Assembly: GCF_020614375.1 (NCBI RefSeq)
Contig: NZ_CP085327.1
Coordinates: forward strand, 1,258,823 to 1,290,822
Direction of reading: 5' to 3'
Source of the DNA: Haladaptatus salinisoli
GTDB taxonomy: Archaea > Halobacteriota > Halobacteria > Halobacteriales > Haladaptataceae
Length of the DNA: 32,000 nucleotides
Positions 31,891-32,000 of this stretch are shown piece by piece. The notes beneath the pieces are model-generated. The model was not told where the DNA came from. It ran no database searches and was given only the letters and a program-made list of their open reading frames with translations. Numbering within the stretch: the first letter of the stretch is position 1; each line of letters begins with the position of its first letter. The translations under genes and the position numbers were made by a program.

Positions 31891-32000
31891 TCAATCGTCT
31901 GAGACGACCTCGTACCCCGACGCCCGTCCGCCCGCCGAAACCGAACTGGGCGGCGAGGTGCGAACGTCCTCTTGGCCCTCCACGATGGCCCGCCGGTAGG
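31891..32000 (-). CDS. 3' end of an unidentified gene (runs off the right edge)
   Basis: The minus-strand frame ending at TGA (31893-31891) reads ...AIVEGQEDVRTSPPSSVSAGGRASGYEVVSDD* with G/C-rich third positions. It is too short to assign. Confidence 0.4.
   Translation of the reverse strand, partial: YRRAIVEGQEDVRTSPPSSVSAGGRASGYEVVSDD

Noticed and set aside
1-32000. CRISPR arrays, IS elements/transposases, integrases, rRNA/tRNA genes and toxin-antitoxin pairs
   Set aside because: I saw no regularly spaced repeats, no terminal inverted repeats flanking a transposase-like ORF, and no recombinase or RNA-gene signatures on either strand. The NYN protein has no small adjacent partner suggestive of a TA pair.

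Overview
This window looks like core chromosome from a high-G+C halophilic archaeon (Halobacteria-like). The evidence is acidic proteins, G/C-rich third codon positions (GC3), and short AT-rich boxes about 24-33 nt upstream of many start codons, which suggests leaderless mRNAs. I support 35 protein-coding genes, one decayed gene and one candidate micro-ORF. I found no rRNA, tRNA, CRISPR array, transposase or integrase.

Main content:
- A six-gene lysine/diaminopimelate operon (dapA-dapB-dapD-lysA-dapF-dapE) in which every junction is an ATGA start/stop overlap.
- Divergent purine genes: purB and a PurN-PurH(AICARFT) fusion.
- A FolC-FolP fusion with an unassigned ~128-aa middle segment.
- Two S9 serine peptidases.
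- A FetA/FetB-like ABC pair.
- Two tandem, diverged NosF/NosY-like ABC-2 modules.
- egsA (G1P dehydrogenase), an SDR epimerase, a GT4 glycosyltransferase and two GNATs, one fused to a 4-Cys zinc ribbon.
- An NYN-domain protein next to a metallophosphoesterase, plus several small membrane proteins.

Most of the window is ordinary housekeeping, and I see no clear novel multi-gene system. The items most worth a second look:
1. A lower-GC islet at about 20.5-22.2 kb: a membrane-anchored wHTH protein, an overlapping small ORF and a HalOD1 protein with a TTG start, ending in a spacer of about 35-42% GC.
2. The two ABC-2 modules share a perfectly identical first 65 coding nucleotides although the rest has diverged.
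3. A 289-bp spacer upstream of egsA with an AT-rich box, a perfect 15-bp palindrome and a 25-codon hydrophobic ORF at leaderless spacing.
4. An alpha/beta-hydrolase relic that has lost all its catalytic motifs.
5. The unassigned insert in FolC-FolP.

Many long ORFs in the supplied track are antisense or out-of-frame artefacts of the high GC content and were rejected.
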